Origin: Longimicrobiales bacterium
GTDB lineage: Bacteria > Gemmatimonadota > Gemmatimonadetes > Longimicrobiales > Gaopeijiaceae
DNA: 64,000 nucleotides
Reading direction: 5' to 3'
NCBI GenBank assembly: GCA_965198065.1
Contig: CBDAON010000004.1
Location: forward strand, 608,001 to 672,000
Shown here one piece after another: positions 59,523-64,000 of this stretch (position 1 is its first letter; each line of letters starts with the position of its first letter). The notes below the pieces were generated by a model. That model saw only the letters and a program-made list of their open reading frames with translations, had not been told where the DNA came from and searched no databases. The position numbers and the translations under genes are program-made.

Positions 59523-62189
59523 ATGAACGGGGAGCCCGATCCCCACCGGCCGCTCCGCGACGACGTCCGGCTCCTGGGGCGCTTGCTCGGAGATACGCTG
59601 CGCACGGTCGAGGGGAGCGCGCTGTTCCAGGCCGTGGAGGACGTCCGGGCGCTGGCAAAGAGCGCGCGGCAGGGGGATGAGGCGGACCTCGAAAAGCTCG
59701 AGCGCATGCTCCAAGACCTGCCGGTGCAAGATGCGCTCACCGTGGCCCGCTCGTTCGCCCATTTCCTCACGCTGGCCAACATCTGCGAGCAGCACCACCG
59801 CATCCGTCGGCGCCGTGACTACGCGAGGGCTGCCGACGCGTCTCCCCAACGCGGATCGTTCTCCGAGGTCTTCGGGCGCATCCTGCGCATGGGGATCCCG
59901 GCGCATCGGCTTCGGGGGGCGATCTCGGGGCTCCGCCTGGAGCTGGTCCTCACCGCGCATCCGACCGAGGTGGTCCGGCGAACGCTGCGTCAGCGTCACC
60001 GCCGTATCGCCGATCTGCTGGCGCTTCGCGACCGACCCGACCTCACCCCCGCCGAGAGGGATGAGTCGCTCGACGATCTGCGCCGCGAAATCGCGGCGGC
60101 TTGGAAGACCGACGAGGTGCGCCATCGGAAACCGACGCCGCTCGACGAGGTTCGCTGGGGCCTCGTGGTGTTCGAGCAGACGCTGTGGGACGCGGTCCCG
60201 GCTACCATGCGGGCGCTGGATCGCGCGCTCCTCGAGTCGACGGGGGAAGGACTGCCTCTCGAGGCGGCCCCGATTCGCTTCGGCTCGTGGATGGGGGGCG
60301 ACCGGGACGGCAATCCGAGGGTAACGCCGGAGGTGACCCGGCAGGCGTGTCTCCTGGCCCGGTGGATGGCAGCCGACCTCTATCTGGGCGAGGTGAGCGC
60401 GCTGCGCGCCGAGCTGTCCATGCGCGACGCCAGCGAGGAGCTGCGAGAGCAGGTGGGCGACTCACCGGAGCCCTACCGCGTGTTCCTGGCATCCGTACGC
60501 GATCGGCTGCGGGCCACCCGCACGGCGGCCGACCTGTCCCTAGAGGGTGAAGAGCTCCCGGCTGGAGGCGAGACCCCGTACCGAACCGCGGACGAGCTCC
60601 AGGAGACGCTCGGAGTGTGCTATCGCTCGCTCGAGCAAACCGGCGCCGGAGTCATTGCGCGTGGCCGGCTCCTCGATCTCCTCCGGCGAGCCGCCTGTTT
60701 CGGGCTCACCCTGGTGCGACTCGATGTCCGGCAGGAGGCCTCCCGTCACACGGACGCCCTGGACGCGATCCGTCGCCGCCTGGGCGAGGGTCCGTACGGA
60801 ACGCTCGACGAGGAAGGGCGCGTGGCGTGGCTCTCCGGTCACCTGACGAGCGGGGGTGGGGGTTTCCGGGCAGCGCTCGAAGCCAGCGACACTTTCGAAG
60901 ATCCGGTGCGGGACGTCCTAGAGACGTTCCGCGGGGCGGCGGCCGAACCCCCCGGTTCGCTCGGCGCCTACGTGATCTCGATGGCTCGGGAGCCGTCCGA
61001 CGTGCTGGCGGTGGAGCTACTCCAGGCGGCGCACTCCGTCACCCCGCCGCTCCGCGTCGTTCCGCTCTTCGAAACCGTGCCCGACCTGCGTCACGCCGGG
61101 AACGTTGTGCGGCAGCTCCTGGCCATTCCCTGGTACCGCAGGCGGATCGGCGGTCGGCAGGAGATCATGATCGGATACTCGGACTCCGCGAAGGACAGCG
61201 GCCGACTCGCGGCGTCGTGGGAGCTCTACCGCGCTCAGGAGGCGATCGTAGCCGCGTGCCGCGACGCGGGCGTGGCCGTGACTCTGTTCCACGGTCGCGG
61301 AGGAACCATCGGTCGCGGTGGCGGGCCCACTCGTCTGGCGATTCAATCGCAACCTCCCGGCTCCGTCGACGGCGTGCTGCGAATCACGGAGCAGGGAGAG
61401 ATGATCCAGGCCAAGTTCGGGCTGTCCGGAATCGCGATCCGAACCCTCGAGGTCTACGTGACGGCAGTCCTGGAGGCGACCTTGCTTCCCGGCCGCGATG
61501 CGAGCCCCAACTGGCCGGCGCTGATGGGAGAGCTGGCCGAGCGCTCGCGCACGGCGTATCGACAGCTGGTCTACGAGCGACCGGAGTTTCTTGAGTACTT
61601 TCGCGCCGCGACACCGGAGCGCGAGCTGGAACACCTGAACGTCGGCAGCCGGCCGGAGCGGCGCACCAAGGGCTCCGGCGTCGATTCGCTTCGAGCCATT
61701 CCCTGGGTTTTCTCGTGGACGCAGACCCGCCTCATGCTTCCGGCCTGGTTGGGCGTCGGCGCGGCGCTCGGCTCGGTAATCGACGAGGGAGGGCTTCCGG
61801 AGCTACGGCGGATGTATCGCGACTGGCCGTTCTTCCGCTCGACCATCGACCTGATCGAGATGGTGCTGGCCAAGGCCTCTCCGGAGATCGCCGCCCGCTA
61901 CGACCGCCTCGTTCCGGACGGACTGCGGTCTCTGGGATTTGACCTCCGCGCGCGCCTCTCGGAGACCACCGACGCCATCCTCCGGGTGACGGAGCACGAC
62001 GAGTTGATCCAGGACAACCCGGTGCTCCGTCGCTCGATCGAGGTGCGGAATCCGTACGCGGACCCCATCAACGTGGTGCAGGTCGAGGTTCTTCGTCGGA
62101 TCCGTCAAGAAGGGGAGCGGCCCGAGCTGCTGGCCGCGTTCGCGGCGTGCGTGAACGGGATCGCGGCCGGGATGCGCAACACGGGTTGA
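59523..62189 (+). CDS. ppc: Phosphoenolpyruvate carboxylase (bacterial type)
   Basis: VLTAHPTE, SWMGGDRDGNP, VPLFET, MIGYSDSAKD, FHGRGGTIGRGG, LRAIPWVF, C-terminal GMRNTG. Confidence 0.98.
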   Translation: MNGEPDPHRPLRDDVRLLGRLLGDTLRTVEGSALFQAVEDVRALAKSARQGDEADLEKLERMLQDLPVQDALTVARSFAHFLTLANICEQHHRIRRRRDYARAADASPQRGSFSEVFGRILRMGIPAHRLRGAISGLRLELVLTAHPTEVVRRTLRQRHRRIADLLALRDRPDLTPAERDESLDDLRREIAAAWKTDEVRHRKPTPLDEVRWGLVVFEQTLWDAVPATMRALDRALLESTGEGLPLEAAPIRFGSWMGGDRDGNPRVTPEVTRQACLLARWMAADLYLGEVSALRAELSMRDASEELREQVGDSPEPYRVFLASVRDRLRATRTAADLSLEGEELPAGGETPYRTADELQETLGVCYRSLEQTGAGVIARGRLLDLLRRAACFGLTLVRLDVRQEASRHTDALDAIRRRLGEGPYGTLDEEGRVAWLSGHLTSGGGGFRAALEASDTFEDPVRDVLETFRGAAAEPPGSLGAYVISMAREPSDVLAVELLQAAHSVTPPLRVVPLFETVPDLRHAGNVVRQLLAIPWYRRRIGGRQEIMIGYSDSAKDSGRLAASWELYRAQEAIVAACRDAGVAVTLFHGRGGTIGRGGGPTRLAIQSQPPGSVDGVLRITEQGEMIQAKFGLSGIAIRTLEVYVTAVLEATLLPGRDASPNWPALMGELAERSRTAYRQLVYERPEFLEYFRAATPERELEHLNVGSRPERRTKGSGVDSLRAIPWVFSWTQTRLMLPAWLGVGAALGSVIDEGGLPELRRMYRDWPFFRSTIDLIEMVLAKASPEIAARYDRLVPDGLRSLGFDLRARLSETTDAILRVTEHDELIQDNPVLRRSIEVRNPYADPINVVQVEVLRRIRQEGERPELLAAFAACVNGIAAGMRNTG

Positions 62190-62204
62190 TTTGCAGCGTC
62201 GCCG

Positions 62205-63137
62205 ATGGGCGGTGTACGTAATGGGGTGACCGATCCGATGCGACGAAGCACGGGAGGCCCCGTGCTAGAGGTCCTCGAGGCTCGGATTCTGGAGCGCCCC
62301 AACCTCGTGCATGGCTTCACCACCCGTCATGGCGGGGTGAGCCGCGGTCCATACGCCCACCTGAACCTCTCCGCGTCGTGCGGGGACGGGCACCCGTCCG
62401 TGGCCGAGAACCGCGCCAGAGTCGGCGATGCCCTCGGCCTGGACGTTCTCGCGTTCGCGGACCAGGTCCACGGCAGCTCCGTGCTCACCGTGGATAACGT
62501 GCAGGACGACACGTGGTCGGTCGGGGAGGGCGACGCCCTGATCACGGACCGGCCCGGAATCGGGCTCGTGGCGCAGACGGCCGACTGCACGCCCGTTCTG
62601 ATCTTCGATCCCGAGCGACAGGCCGTGGCGGCGGTGCACTCCGGATGGCGCGGCGTGGTCCGGAACGTGGTGGGCGCTGCCGTGTCGGCCCTCACCACGG
62701 TCTACGGCTCGAATCCGAGCGACCTGGTCGCGGCGCTCGGTCCGGCCATCTCGAAGACTCGCTACCGCGTGGGCCCCGAGGTCCTGGCAGCCGTGGAGAG
62801 GGCCTTCGGCGCGCCGGACGACGGGCTCGTCGGCCCGCGCGACGGGGAGGGGGGCGCCACCCTGGACGTCTCCGAGGCGGTAAGACGCCAGCTGGTCGGA
62901 GCAGGACTCTGGCGGGAGAACGTAGAGCGTCTCGCGATCTGCACCTACGAGGACTCGCGCTTCTTCTCCTCCCGTCGAGCGCGGAAGGGCCCGTTCGGCA
63001 GCCAGGGTGGGATCATCGGTCTCATCGGCCGTCCGTCCGACGCTCGGTCCTTGCGCAATCCCGGGCGCGCGCTGCACCGTGGACGTGGCATCCACGCCGT
63101 TTGGTCAAGAGATGGATCGAGACAACGGAGAATCTGA
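62205..63137 (+). CDS. pgeF: PgeF/YfiH family purine nucleoside phosphorylase / peptidoglycan-editing factor
   Basis: HGFTTRHGGVS, DQVHGS, GDALIT, TADCTPV, HSGWRG, FFSSRR. Start uncertain. Confidence 0.92.
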   Translation: MGGVRNGVTDPMRRSTGGPVLEVLEARILERPNLVHGFTTRHGGVSRGPYAHLNLSASCGDGHPSVAENRARVGDALGLDVLAFADQVHGSSVLTVDNVQDDTWSVGEGDALITDRPGIGLVAQTADCTPVLIFDPERQAVAAVHSGWRGVVRNVVGAAVSALTTVYGSNPSDLVAALGPAISKTRYRVGPEVLAAVERAFGAPDDGLVGPRDGEGGATLDVSEAVRRQLVGAGLWRENVERLAICTYEDSRFFSSRRARKGPFGSQGGIIGLIGRPSDARSLRNPGRALHRGRGIHAVWSRDGSRQRRI

Positions 63138-64000
63138 TGAAATCGTCATTCGGCCGAGGCTTTTCTCCAGGTGGTGCTGTCGGCCGCCCTCCTGGGGATC
63201 ACGGTACCCGAGGACGCCCGGGCGCAGCTTCGGGTGCTCCAGACCAACTCCCGCGGATCGAGCGTCCACCTGATCGATCCCGGGACTCAGCGAGTGGTTG
63301 GAGTGATCGAGGGGATCCCGGTCAACCACGGCGTGGCAGCCTCCGCGGACGGCCGCCGCATCTACGTCAGCAGTGAGGCGGAAGCCGCAGTGATGGTCGT
63401 CGACACCGAGTCCATGGAGATCATCCGGACGATCACGGTCTCGGCGCGGCCCAACAACATTGCGCTGACCCCCGACGGCACGAAGCTATACGTGGCGATT
63501 AACGCCCGGCCGGGTGCGGTGGACGTCATCGACACTCGCACGCTCGAAAACGTGAAGACGATTCCCCATCCCGGGGGTGTCCACAACATCTACGTGACTC
63601 CGGACGGGACCGCGGTCATCGCAGGGTCCATCTCGGGCGACCGGCTGACGGCGTACGACACGCGCACGGAAGAGGAAATCTGGGCGTGGGAAGGGGAGTC
63701 CATTCGCCCGATGGCCATCGGCTGGAAGCCGGACGGCTCGACGGACAAGATCTACATCCAGGTCTCGGGCCATCACGGATTCGTCGTATTCGACTGGGCG
63801 ACGAGAAGTGAGGTCACCCGCATCACGCTTCCGAGCGTGCCTGAGTCGGAGCGCTACCTGGGGGACGGCCAGGGCACCCGTTACAACGGAGCGCCCGCAC
63901 ACGGGATCGGGGTCTCTCCCGACGGGCGCACGGTCTGGTCGACGAGCCGGATGAACAGCCATGTGTACGTGTACTCGGTCTATCCGGAGCTGGAGCTTCT
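63137..64000 (+). CDS. Secreted YncE/YVTN-type beta-propeller (partial; +1 frameshift near 63161, or a GTG start at 63171)
   Basis: Frame open from 63141 to the window end: VHLIDP, NHGVAASADGRRIYVS, PNNIALTPDGTKLYV, HNIYVTPDG, AHGIGVSPDGRTVW. Confidence 0.85.

Noticed and set aside
1..64000. Very frequent CTCGAG/TCGA words
   Set aside because: Explained by codon usage (CTC-GAG, GTC/ATC-GAx) in a high-GC genome.
1..64000. tRNA, rRNA, RNase P or SRP genes
   Set aside because: No diagnostic motifs seen by eye in the intergenic gaps; an Infernal scan is needed to exclude them fully.

Overview
GC-rich (about 70%), gene-dense core chromosomal region. Gene content and order suggest a Gemmatimonadota-like diderm bacterium (inference). 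About 61 CDS, almost all on the minus strand. Left part: hrcA-dnaJ, obgE-dprA, ino1 with a phosphatidylinositol-phosphate synthase-like gene, rpmE-prfA-prmC, ftsK/lolA/rimO/hemL and aroQ-efp-accB-accC. Middle: tatA/tatC, lptD, a full tol-pal cluster, hemA/hemB, tsaBE, uvrB, rel and radC. Right end is more accessory-like: KamA-like radical SAM, DUF2911, dienelactone hydrolase, DUF5715, ppc, pgeF and a beta-propeller. No rRNA, tRNA, CRISPR array or mobile element was recognised. Main points of interest: (1) two acidic-linker TPR proteins (one SgmX-like) plus a LysM-less TsaP-like protein, suggesting an undescribed polarity/type IV pilus module; (2) a probable inositol-phospholipid pathway; (3) an orphan aminomutase-like cluster; (4) three sequence lesions, namely an exact 49-bp tandem duplication frameshifting rimO, an apparent C-terminal deletion in an asparaginase and a +1 frameshift in the last gene; (5) candidate leaderless genes. 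All assignments come from motif recognition by eye, with no database searches.
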